A stretch of 55,666 nucleotides of DNA, taken from IMG/VR virus record IMGVR_UViG_3300027509_000003; one strand, given 5' to 3'. Source of the DNA: a virus. Shown here piece after piece: positions 17,025 through 25,470 of the stretch; within the stretch, counting starts at the first letter, position 1; the number at the start of each line of letters is the position of its first letter. The notes under the pieces were generated by a model, which worked only from the letters and a program-made list of their open reading frames with translations, searched no databases and was not told the origin of the DNA. Both the position numbers and the translations under genes were made by a program.

Positions 17025-17380
17025 GTGGTCTGCTCCACCCCGAAGTTGTGACCGGCTTCTATCAGTGCTTCGATCAGCCCGGATTCGTTGAGCTTCGATC
17101 GGTCGACGATCCGGTATTTCGTCGCGAGTTTCCGCAGCGTCGCCACAGTGACAGCCGCTGCTATCGCGGCCCGGTCCTGACTGAATACGGACAGGTCAAC
17201 AATCGCTGCAGAGTCCGGGGCAGCGTTGAAAGTTTTGGCGATGTCAGCGGCCACGCCATCGCTCTCGACGTCTGCGACGGCGAGCGCAACCAAATCATCT
17301 GAGTCGATGGGGGCGAACCCGTCGAGCGGCAAGTCAGAAATCTCGATTGCGTGCTCGGTGATTCGCACGTACTGGGTCAT
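17021..17380 (-). CDS. Acidic protein with a C-terminal HeH/SAP (Rho_N-like) motif
   Basis: 119 aa from ATG 17380 (ATGA overlap). C-terminus reads TVATLRKLATKYRIVDRSKLNESGLIEALIEAG. Confidence 0.55.
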   Translation of the reverse strand: MTQYVRITEHAIEISDLPLDGFAPIDSDDLVALAVADVESDGVAADIAKTFNAAPDSAAIVDLSVFSQDRAAIAAAVTVATLRKLATKYRIVDRSKLNESGLIEALIEAGHNFGVEQTT

Positions 17381-18024
17381 GACTGGCCTCCAGTGACGAT
17401 TGTGCGGGGGACCGTGACGAGCGCAGCTTGGGACCGTAGCCCTACATACGCTCGGGACCATGGCGTGTCCTGGGGGGCGCCTTCGCGGAGGCGGTGCCGG
17501 ACCTGCACCCCGATGCTCGCCGAAGCGGGAATGTTGAGCAGATGCTGCGTGTCAACGCCGCCGTGCTCCCATTCGTACTGCAGAGGTTCGGTAGAGAGCG
17601 CCTCAGTGCGCTCGTCGCTGTACGGGTACGCCCGGTTCGTGTGCGTGGCCACGACAGTGCCGTTGACCAGATAGCGGGCGTCGATCAGGTGATAGATCCG
17701 AGTGTCACGGGCGTAGTGAAGCAGCGTCCCGAGGTCCGTGGTGGCCAGGCCGTCGGTGATGCAAGCGGCCGTGGTGAACGTTGCGATGGTGCGCCAGTCC
17801 ACGATCGTGGTCCACGCTGCAGGGATTCGGGTCCCGGTGGTGATTCCCAGCCAGCCGGTCGGGTTCGACGAGTGAGTCCACGGGCCGGTGCAGGTCAGCA
17901 TCGGCTGATGCCATGATTCGCCGGGGGCCAGAACGTACGGGTCGCATCCTTCGACGATCTCCTTGCACTGGACTTTGCCGTCGTCTGTGACGCACCACAC
18001 GAGACGGGTCCGCGCTGCGGTCAT
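17377..18024 (-). CDS. Virion-module protein of unknown function
   Basis: 215 aa, ATGA overlaps at both ends, 5 Cys by count. Confidence 0.55.
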   Translation of the reverse strand: MTAARTRLVWCVTDDGKVQCKEIVEGCDPYVLAPGESWHQPMLTCTGPWTHSSNPTGWLGITTGTRIPAAWTTIVDWRTIATFTTAACITDGLATTDLGTLLHYARDTRIYHLIDARYLVNGTVVATHTNRAYPYSDERTEALSTEPLQYEWEHGGVDTQHLLNIPASASIGVQVRHRLREGAPQDTPWSRAYVGLRSQAALVTVPRTIVTGGQS

Positions 18025-19787
18025 CGGTCTACCCTCAGCGCAACGTTCGCCGTTGTCGCACTCTCAACGTTTGCCGTTGTCGCCCGCTTCACTGGTGTGC
18101 CTTCGCCCGATGCGGTCGTTGGTTCGCAGGTGGTGTTGTCGACGATCTGCTGCAGGAGAGCGTTGGTGGCGTCTTGCTTGTCGCACAGATCAGCCAGACC
18201 GGGATCGGGGGCGGCGCCTTTCGCGACCTGGGTTGGCTGCGGGTCGAGCGGCGCGGTGCAGTCAGCGGGGATCGGATCTCCTGACGACCGGAACTGGAAC
18301 CGTCGGCACGAGCGACGGCCACCGGCGAACTCGGCGTCTGCGCCTTCGACGCCGTTGTTCCACGCTTCGGAGTATGCGGCTTCGCACCCGGCGACGTCAT
18401 TCTGCTGGGTTGACGTGACGGTGGTGACGTTCCCTGCTGTGTTCACGGTGACGGTCCGAGTGTCGATGACGAACCGAAGCCCGCCAATCGTGTACGTGCA
18501 AAGCTGGAAATTCGACCCGATCTGGTTGTTGATCTGGTTCAGCAGCGCGGTGCCACTTTGCCCCATCGTGAACGATGCGGTGTGGCCGTCATCGGTGACG
18601 GTGATTGTGTCGGTCGCCCGGCCGAGCCAAGCGATCGCCGCTACCGACTGCAGGCAGCGGCCCTGCGGCGTCGGTGCCGTGTTCAGCTTCCCGGGCAGGA
18701 ACGTGGGGCACTTGGATCCGCCGGGGTACACCGTTTGGCCGTTCTGGTCGATGCCCTGGACCCAGCAGACCGATTCGCCGTACCGGTCGTCTGACTGGTC
18801 GCAGATCCACCCGTCAGCGGTGTGCCATGTCGGTGTCACTACCGCCGGTGGTTCTTCGACGGCCGCTCCGGTGGCGCAGTCGCCGTAGTAGTTACCCTCG
18901 CCTAGTTCGTGGGGTACGACATCGTCGTTGTCGTCGAGCGTGTACGGCACGACCGTGCGGACACCATCGCAGTCTTCGATCGAGATGAACACGCCCCGAG
19001 TGATAACCGTGAATGCGGGGTTGCCGTCGCCGTCGAGCACCGGGTTGCCGTCGGCGTCGAGCGTCGGGCTGATCTCGCATACCGGGCCGATGTTCGTCGT
19101 GGGGCAATCTGGCACAGCGGCGAACTGTGGGTGCGCTGGCACTTCGCAGTTGCGGTACAGGCAGCCCTCGGGTCGACCCTCGATGGCGACGGTGGTTCCG
19201 TCTTCTTGTACGGCCTGCCACGTCTCGGTGATCGTCCCGTCAGGCTGCTTGGTGATGCACTGCCAGAACCGTTCGGGGGTGCCCGGCTGGATCGACAGTG
19301 GCAGGTAGATCACGCGACCGTCTCGGCGTCCGCCGATCGTCGTCGACTTGACCCGGATTGGGATGATGTCGCCCGGGCAGCAGTCCGCCCAGCCGAAGGC
19401 CCCCCATGGGGTGAGCGGGTTGCCGTCGGGCCCGGCGTTGCCGTACTCGTTGCCGTTCGCTTGGGTTTTGACTGTGGTGCTGCCCTTGGCTGCGGACAGG
19501 CACTTCGACAGCCAGCTATTGATGTGCGCCCACCGGTTCGAGTAAGCACTCGATGCGTCATAGCCGGGGACGGCATGGACCTGGACCAGACCGTTCGACA
19601 TCGTCATTTCGAGCCGTATGTCGTCAGTCGGGATCGGGAGCGCACCGGGACCGATAGGGCGCGGTTCGCCGACGGTGTGATTGTCGAGAGTCAACACGTC
19701 GGACTGTCGGCACCACTCAACCCAATCAACGTTGGGCTGCGCCAAGATCGCGCACTTGAGGTCTTTGATCAGTTGAGCGAGATTCAT
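18021..19787 (-). CDS. Large Cys-rich virion-module protein with DxDGNP repeats
   Basis: 588 aa, 22 Cys by count. LDADGNPVLDGDGNPAF is a calcium-binding-like motif. The C-terminus has the duplication TTANVESATTANV. AAGGA lies 6 nt upstream of the ATG. Confidence 0.6.
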   Translation of the reverse strand: MNLAQLIKDLKCAILAQPNVDWVEWCRQSDVLTLDNHTVGEPRPIGPGALPIPTDDIRLEMTMSNGLVQVHAVPGYDASSAYSNRWAHINSWLSKCLSAAKGSTTVKTQANGNEYGNAGPDGNPLTPWGAFGWADCCPGDIIPIRVKSTTIGGRRDGRVIYLPLSIQPGTPERFWQCITKQPDGTITETWQAVQEDGTTVAIEGRPEGCLYRNCEVPAHPQFAAVPDCPTTNIGPVCEISPTLDADGNPVLDGDGNPAFTVITRGVFISIEDCDGVRTVVPYTLDDNDDVVPHELGEGNYYGDCATGAAVEEPPAVVTPTWHTADGWICDQSDDRYGESVCWVQGIDQNGQTVYPGGSKCPTFLPGKLNTAPTPQGRCLQSVAAIAWLGRATDTITVTDDGHTASFTMGQSGTALLNQINNQIGSNFQLCTYTIGGLRFVIDTRTVTVNTAGNVTTVTSTQQNDVAGCEAAYSEAWNNGVEGADAEFAGGRRSCRRFQFRSSGDPIPADCTAPLDPQPTQVAKGAAPDPGLADLCDKQDATNALLQQIVDNTTCEPTTASGEGTPVKRATTANVESATTANVALRVDR

Positions 19788-19833
19788 GCTGATCCTTGCA
19801 GCTTGGGGACCCCGGACACCTTGCCCATTGAGA

Positions 19834-20202
19834 TCATTCGTCCGATTCGTTGGCCGCGTTGATGGCCGCGACCAACTGAGAGCGGTTGCCGGTGGCCTTC
19901 ACGTCCAGGCGCTTCGCTTCGGTGACCAGTTCGTCCTTCGGCATGTCCTCGGTAAACACACGACGGATCGAAGGGCCGAGTACAGGCGGGCCGAAGTCAA
20001 CCGGGGCGCGATCTTCTGGCAACGGGACGTCCAGCGCTGCCAGTTCGTCGGCGTCGGTGATGACCTTCGCCCAAGTGCTGTATGCAGCAACCTCGGCGTC
20101 GAACTCGTCCGGTTCGACATCCATGAAGTTCGTTACGATCTCGTCGGCGGGTCGGCCCATGGCCTCGTATCCCCTTGGGAATTGGATAGCGATGGTGCTC
20201 AT
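19834..20202 (-). CDS. Acidic protein with a C-terminal HeH/SAP motif
   Basis: 122 aa from ATG 20202 (ATGA overlap). Contains MPKDELVTEAKRLDVKATGNRSQLVAAINAA. Confidence 0.55.
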   Translation of the reverse strand: MSTIAIQFPRGYEAMGRPADEIVTNFMDVEPDEFDAEVAAYSTWAKVITDADELAALDVPLPEDRAPVDFGPPVLGPSIRRVFTEDMPKDELVTEAKRLDVKATGNRSQLVAAINAANESDE

Positions 20203-21047
20203 TGGGCACACTTCCTTTCACGGATAAATAGGATGACCATCGACGCCGCGTAGAACTCGACAGAAGAACCAGCGGTGAGGCTGTTGACTGTTATTTCCTG
20301 ATCGACGGTGAACACGAAAGTGGAGCCGCCCGGCTGCGTCGAGGTGATCAGCATGTATGTCGGCGTCGATTCGGTGTCGCCCGATTCGAGATCGGGTGCG
20401 ACCACCGTGTCGCCGTTGCCGTTCATCGGGGAGGCGGGAACACCGCCGCCAATCGAGTACACGGACCGGAAAGCGATGCGGCCGTTATCGGCACTTGATT
20501 TGGCACCGAAACCTCGTGCCCCGGGGTTCACGAAAGCGACGAAGCGGCCTCCGCACTTCGGGACCGTGAACGACCGTGTGAGCGTTTGCCCGATCAGTCC
20601 TTCGTCGCCGGGTCCGATCTCGATTACAGCAGTATTTGAGTTGGGGCCACCGTCGAAAGATGCGTTGTGGCACTCGTCGGTGACGACGCCTTTGACGCTC
20701 GTGAAGGTTCGCTTGATCGCCTTGTTGTCGGTCGTGCATTCGACAGTTGCGATTGCGTCGTCAGGCAGGCAGCCAGCCGACAGGACTGTCCCGTCTGGGT
20801 TGAGGATCGTGATGACCCGAGCGTCAGCGGGTGCGCCTTCTGCGCCAGTGCCGGTGTAGTCGAGACCTGCGATGGGGCCGACCGTGATCTGGACATCGTC
20901 CGAGATCGGGTTGCCATCAGCGTCCAACAGGTTGCATGCCTGAGCGAACGCGACGAACTGCGCCTTCGTGATCGGGTCACCAGCGGTGCCCGTCTGCGGG
21001 TAGACGTTCGTGGTCTTCGTTTGCGGTGGTTGTGGGCAGGCCGTCAT
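20199..21047 (-). CDS. Cys-containing virion-module protein
   Basis: 282 aa, 7 Cys by count. Its LLDADGNPISDD motif is shared with 18021..19787. Confidence 0.55.
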   Translation of the reverse strand: MTACPQPPQTKTTNVYPQTGTAGDPITKAQFVAFAQACNLLDADGNPISDDVQITVGPIAGLDYTGTGAEGAPADARVITILNPDGTVLSAGCLPDDAIATVECTTDNKAIKRTFTSVKGVVTDECHNASFDGGPNSNTAVIEIGPGDEGLIGQTLTRSFTVPKCGGRFVAFVNPGARGFGAKSSADNGRIAFRSVYSIGGGVPASPMNGNGDTVVAPDLESGDTESTPTYMLITSTQPGGSTFVFTVDQEITVNSLTAGSSVEFYAASMVILFIRERKCAQ

Positions 21048-21048
21048 G

Positions 21049-21909
21049 TCAGCATTCCTCTTCTTCGATGGGGACTTCGGTCCCGATTACTCCGGTGACC
21101 GATCCGGCCCCGTCAATGGTCACTGCTTCGCCGTTACCACAGAAGGTGGCCTCGCATCCCGGCTGCACATACTCGGTGTACTCGTTGCCGTCCACGCCGA
21201 CCGTGGTCACGGCCACGGCCTGGTCCTCGACTTCGCAGTCAGGATCAACCGACGCTTTCACCGTGACACTGCACACGTTCTCCAGGATCAGTGGCGCGGT
21301 GCCGTCCATGACACCGTCGACAAGCGGTTTGGTGTTCCCGTCGAGTGGCACACCGACGATCTGGGTGGTCGCCGGTGGGCCGCCGATGTTGACGCCGCAC
21401 GGTGCCAACACGTAATCGACTCCTTCGGTCAGACCTTCGATCGGACTGTCGATCGGCGTGAGTCCGCCGTTCTGAGTCCAGCTCCGCGGTTTGATCGTGC
21501 CGTCGCCGGCCATGACCACTTCGAACTCGCCGAGCTTGCAGGTGAAATACCCTTCGTTGTCGCCGCTGCCTGGGGTGAGGACTTGGACGCAGCGCCGGAT
21601 CAGGTCGCAAACACCGAGCTGCGCGCCTTCGGGGATCGTGTCGGACTTGGTGAACCCGTCGTCTGACAGGTACCCGACCGGGATCATTGCGCCGTCTGGG
21701 CCCTTAATGAAGCAGACCGAGATCTGATCGCAACCGTTCAAACAGTAGTCCCGCAGCACGGGCGTGCTCTGCACGGTGACGTTGATGTCTCCCAGTTCGG
21801 CGATCGCTTCCGCGATGGCCTCACCGAGTCCTTCGATGTCGAAGTCAACTTCGATCGTGGTTGGTGGGCAGTAGAGGTCATCGGCCGCTGTCGGTTTGTT
21901 GACGCTCAT
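21049..21909 (-). CDS. Cys-rich virion-module protein
   Basis: 286 aa from ATG 21909 (ATGA overlap). 13 Cys by count. Ends IEEEEC. Confidence 0.55.
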   Translation of the reverse strand: MSVNKPTAADDLYCPPTTIEVDFDIEGLGEAIAEAIAELGDINVTVQSTPVLRDYCLNGCDQISVCFIKGPDGAMIPVGYLSDDGFTKSDTIPEGAQLGVCDLIRRCVQVLTPGSGDNEGYFTCKLGEFEVVMAGDGTIKPRSWTQNGGLTPIDSPIEGLTEGVDYVLAPCGVNIGGPPATTQIVGVPLDGNTKPLVDGVMDGTAPLILENVCSVTVKASVDPDCEVEDQAVAVTTVGVDGNEYTEYVQPGCEATFCGNGEAVTIDGAGSVTGVIGTEVPIEEEEC

Positions 21910-23060
21910 TGCTTGTCCCCCTCTACCGCAGGAAGGGGGCACCCGCCCAGGATCGTCGGCGCAGCCGCAGCGAAACACGGGTTCCACACGCCAAGCGTGT
22001 GGATCTCCCACACCGCATCAACCATGTTGTCCAAAAGTTCAATGCTCGCCGCTGGGCTCACCAGGTTCGCGCGGTTCACCATTACGGGGTCAGACACGGC
22101 CGCAAGGATCGGGCCGGTAGCCCACGTGTACCCGTTGGCCACACCCGCCGCCGGCGGCGGGATCGCCTGCGGGGTCGCCTCAGGAGGGCACCCAGCAGTC
22201 AAACATTCAGCGGCCGGTACCACCGGATCTCCGTTGAAATCGACGCCAACACCGCCGTCCAGGTTCAGCCAATGCCCGGCAGCGTCAGACGGTCCGCCTT
22301 CGAGCTCGACCAGCCCGTTGCACTTCCGAAGCTTGTATACGCCGTGGCCAGGGACATGAGACACGCCGCGGCCGGCTTTGTTTTTGATGCGCCATGCGTC
22401 CATCCCGGCCAGCGCGTCGTCGATCTCGAGGTACCCGGAAGCCAGGTTCATCGCGTAGTCACGAATCGCAGGGCTTCGGGTGTAGTGCCCGGTGAACAGT
22501 TCCCGGGTCATCATGTCCGAAGCGCACCGCAACAACCGTTCGCGTGCTTCAACAGCCAACCCCTCCGGGGTGTTGCACGCCAGGTCGCCGGACGCCGGCA
22601 CGTACCACGTGCCGGGCCGGAACTCCACGGTTACGGTCTTGATCGGGGCGGCGATCTTCGCTATCGGCCACGCCGGACCTTCAGCAGGTTGGACGCTGGG
22701 GTGCCATTGCACCAACCCCAGGTTGTTCCTGGTTCGGGCGGGGACTTTCACGCCGCCATCGTCGATGCACTCGACAACGGTTGGCCAACCGTTGATCGAC
22801 TCGCAACATACGACGGTCAACCGGACGCCGTTGCGCCAGTTCCGGTTCGGGACCGCGTCGCCAGGGGTCGGCGCCCAAACGTACGGGTTGGCGCGCAAGG
22901 CGTTCGCGTTGGCCACCGCGGCGGCTTCGCGCTCCACGGCGTCTTCGATCTCGTTGACGCTGCGCAGCTGCGGGATCTGGTCCAGCCGGAACGTGGCGTC
23001 AGTGATCAGCGAAAACAGGCGGGAAAGTTTCCCGTCGCCGACCAGCTGCAGAGCGTGCAT
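21906..23060 (-). CDS. Capsid-associated protein, second major-capsid candidate
   Basis: 384 aa, the first gene after the 702-aa head protein. The C-terminal LLDNMVDAVWEIHTLGVWNPCFAAA loosely resembles the C-terminal pattern of HK97-family capsid proteins. 10 Cys by count. Confidence 0.35.
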   Translation of the reverse strand: MHALQLVGDGKLSRLFSLITDATFRLDQIPQLRSVNEIEDAVEREAAAVANANALRANPYVWAPTPGDAVPNRNWRNGVRLTVVCCESINGWPTVVECIDDGGVKVPARTRNNLGLVQWHPSVQPAEGPAWPIAKIAAPIKTVTVEFRPGTWYVPASGDLACNTPEGLAVEARERLLRCASDMMTRELFTGHYTRSPAIRDYAMNLASGYLEIDDALAGMDAWRIKNKAGRGVSHVPGHGVYKLRKCNGLVELEGGPSDAAGHWLNLDGGVGVDFNGDPVVPAAECLTAGCPPEATPQAIPPPAAGVANGYTWATGPILAAVSDPVMVNRANLVSPAASIELLDNMVDAVWEIHTLGVWNPCFAAAAPTILGGCPLPAVEGDKQ

Positions 23061-23095
23061 CAGTGCCTTTCAGGTTTGCGTGGTGAGCCCACATT

Positions 23096-23137
23096 CCCGA
23101 GAGCAGGCAACCATGGTGGTGGTTACCTGCCCTCGGG
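23096..23137 (-). terminator. 18-bp imperfect stem-loop after the 702-aa head gene (attenuator-like)
   Basis: The minus strand reads CCCGAGGGCAGGTAACCA-CCACCA-TGGTTGCCTGCTCTCGGG (two G-U pairs) and starts about 25 nt after the stop at 23162. No U-tract follows. Confidence 0.5.
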
Positions 23138-23161
23138 CTTATAGGCCGTGGTCACGGGGTA

Positions 23162-25270
23162 TCAGGTCGGGCAGGTCGCCAATGGGGCCATACAACCAAT
23201 ACGGGCGCCGGTCCACATCAGGTTCTTCAGGTTGATGGTGAACGCCTTGTGGCAGCCGTCTTTCCCGAGACCCTCATGGGTTTCCTGGAACATCCCGAAG
23301 ACCCAGTTGCTCTTCGCGTAGGCCGGGGTGACCTGAGCGCCGAACCCGATCGATGGGCGGCGCAGAGCAAAGAAGTCTGAGCGGTCATAGATCCGGATGC
23401 GGTAGTCGCACCCGAACTTCCACGCGGCGTATTCCGTCGCGTTCGCCGCGCCGAGGCCGCTGTTCTCTTCGGTGGGGAATGAAGGAGTCGGGAACGGCGA
23501 CGTTTCATCGCTGGCCAGGTCCAGCATTGACTTGATGGTGAACGTTGCGTCACCCTCGAACGCTGATGTGAGCAGCGAAGCGAGTTCTTCGCGGCCTTCG
23601 TGGCACGCACGTCGGTTGTCCCAGCCGAGGATCTTGGCCATGCCGGCGGGGATAGCGACGGTGTAGTCGCCGGCGGTGGTCCGGTCGTTGAACTGACCGG
23701 AACACGTGAGCGTCTGCACGATCTCTTCGAGGACCGGGATAGCTCCGAGCTGTTCGCCGGCAGCGTTCGCGAACCCGCACGCCGGGTCGGCTACATCGAT
23801 GTTGACCCAGTGGGAGAATGAATCGATCTGAGCGAGGCGGTACTTGTTCCGCTCACGGATGAACGCGGTTTGCAATGACCGGCGGGCGGCGCTGATCAAC
23901 TGCTCGTTGCACGCCTCCAATTCTTCCGGCCATTCCATGCACGCAGCGATCGAAAGCATCCGAACCTTGGACTTCGGTACGCATCCGGGCACGTAGCACT
24001 GCTTCTGCAGCGCGAGCATCGCGGCGTGAAGTTCCGCCTTCGGTTCGCCGTCAGCAATCGACCCATACCAGGCGTCTCGAGCTTCGCAAAACTTTTTGCG
24101 GCGCTCGTCATCCCATACGGTCATGCCCTGGGTGACCAGCGGCAGTTCCCGGTAGTACTCGAGCTCGCACGTTGGAGCGGAGTACTCCTCGAATTCGTCG
24201 GCCAGCGGATCAAACATGGTCCGGCAATCCGGGATTTCGGTTCGCTGCGTTGGGACCACAGGGCAGTCACCGGTCGCTGACGCCTGGACACGGGCCCGGG
24301 CCCGGTCAGCGTTGGTGATGCCGTTGGCGTGGACGATCTGGCGGGACTGCGCCAGGTCGATGGTGTTGGCCGGGTTCACGCCGGGAGCGTCGATCCGGTA
24401 CGAACCGAACTTCACGCCGGCCGGCATCAGCCCGCTGGACTGGTTCCCGGCGTTGTTCGACAGGTAGCTCGAGAACTGTTCAGCGATGTGGGCGTCGGTG
24501 ATGTCCTGCCCGACGGTGATGTGTTCTTCCGCGCCGTTCGTGAACGCTGACGCGGCGACCATGCGGGCAGCGCGGCGTGGTTGCGCTGGGACCGGGGCCG
24601 GGGCCGGCCCGCCGCCACCGTTGGCGGGTGGGGCGCCGCTGATGAGAGATGCGGGGTCACGGTTGAACGTGGTGCCACCGGACCAGTTGACCGGGGCGCG
24701 TACCCCGTTGGCGAGCACTGCCACAGGCGTGACTACGCCGTCTTCGCCAACGACCAGGTCGATATCGACGCTGGTCACCGGCGGATCAGCTGGCGCGTTC
24801 GGGTCCGCGGGCGGGTCGGCTGGCGGAGCGTTCGGGTCCGCGGGCGGCGCCGGCGGAGAGTTGGCAGCGTTCGGGTCCGCGGGCGGGTCGGCTGGCGGAG
24901 CGTTCGGGTCCGCGGGCGGCGCCGGCGGCGGGTCGGCTGGCGGATCGGGCAAGGCGTTCATCCGGGCGATGCGCTTGTCGGCTGCCTCGCTCATCACCAG
25001 GTAGGGGATCAGCGCCTGTTCTGATGCGTCCATATCCGCATCCAAGCCCGTCGTCTGGGCCGTGGACAACAGCGTCTGAAACGCGGTGCGGGCTTCGGTC
25101 ACCCGCGCCTGGAGCGCTGGTAGCTCAATGGTCGATGTTTCTGCTACCAGGGCGTCCATCTCGTGGACGGTGGCGCCTTCGGGTGCGGGGCCTTCAAACG
25201 GGACCAGGCTGGCCGGGCCGTCGGCAGTGTTGATGGTGTAGAGCACACCATCAATCAGGACATAGATCAT
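23162..25270 (-). CDS. Large head protein: scaffold-like coiled coil, Pro-rich linker and a C-terminal domain of several hundred aa (major capsid candidate)
   Basis: 702 aa. The helical N-terminus (EMDALVAETSTIELPALQARVTEARTAFQTLL) resembles a delta or scaffolding domain. The (PPADPNA)n linker spans aa 108-165. It sits downstream of the protease and scaffold-like genes and is followed by a strong hairpin. Confidence 0.45.
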   Translation of the reverse strand: MIYVLIDGVLYTINTADGPASLVPFEGPAPEGATVHEMDALVAETSTIELPALQARVTEARTAFQTLLSTAQTTGLDADMDASEQALIPYLVMSEAADKRIARMNALPDPPADPPPAPPADPNAPPADPPADPNAANSPPAPPADPNAPPADPPADPNAPADPPVTSVDIDLVVGEDGVVTPVAVLANGVRAPVNWSGGTTFNRDPASLISGAPPANGGGGPAPAPVPAQPRRAARMVAASAFTNGAEEHITVGQDITDAHIAEQFSSYLSNNAGNQSSGLMPAGVKFGSYRIDAPGVNPANTIDLAQSRQIVHANGITNADRARARVQASATGDCPVVPTQRTEIPDCRTMFDPLADEFEEYSAPTCELEYYRELPLVTQGMTVWDDERRKKFCEARDAWYGSIADGEPKAELHAAMLALQKQCYVPGCVPKSKVRMLSIAACMEWPEELEACNEQLISAARRSLQTAFIRERNKYRLAQIDSFSHWVNIDVADPACGFANAAGEQLGAIPVLEEIVQTLTCSGQFNDRTTAGDYTVAIPAGMAKILGWDNRRACHEGREELASLLTSAFEGDATFTIKSMLDLASDETSPFPTPSFPTEENSGLGAANATEYAAWKFGCDYRIRIYDRSDFFALRRPSIGFGAQVTPAYAKSNWVFGMFQETHEGLGKDGCHKAFTINLKNLMWTGARIGCMAPLATCPT
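24776..24949 (-). repeat. In-frame tandem repeats encoding PPADPNAPPADPPADPNA
   Basis: The plus strand shows near-identical gcgttcgggtccgcgggcgg(g/c).. units repeated four times. They encode aa 108-165 of the 702-aa protein. Confidence 0.8.
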
Positions 25271-25440
25271 GGGAGGATGCCTTTCAAATGTGGGATCGGT
25301 GGAACACGACCAACAGAAAAGACCGCCGTTTTGGGTTGGTTACCCGGACCGGGGAACCTGAAACGGGTTGTTCTGATGGTTACAGCGCACCGAACCGGCA
25401 TCGCCAACGGCACCGAAGGTAGCACCCAGCCGCGCCGGTA

Positions 25441-25470
25441 CCCCTATACCGGGGGTTATAATCTGGGCAT
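25441..25470 (+). promoter_or_regulatory. TATAC-G5-TTATAAT promoter core for the plus-strand HTH gene, possibly bidirectional
   Basis: CCCCTATACCGGGGGTTATAAT. The TATAAT at 25457-25462 lies 8 nt before ATG 25471. The opposite strand reads TATAGG, facing the 702-aa gene. Confidence 0.5.

Noticed and set aside
21909-23144. Long plus-strand ORFs such as 21909..23144 (411 aa), 8388..9749 (453 aa), 9551..10537 and 736..1527.
   Set aside because: They lie antisense to well-supported minus-strand genes. They are Arg/Pro/Gly-rich low-complexity translations typical of shadow ORFs in GC-rich DNA, and they lack RBS or coupling signals.
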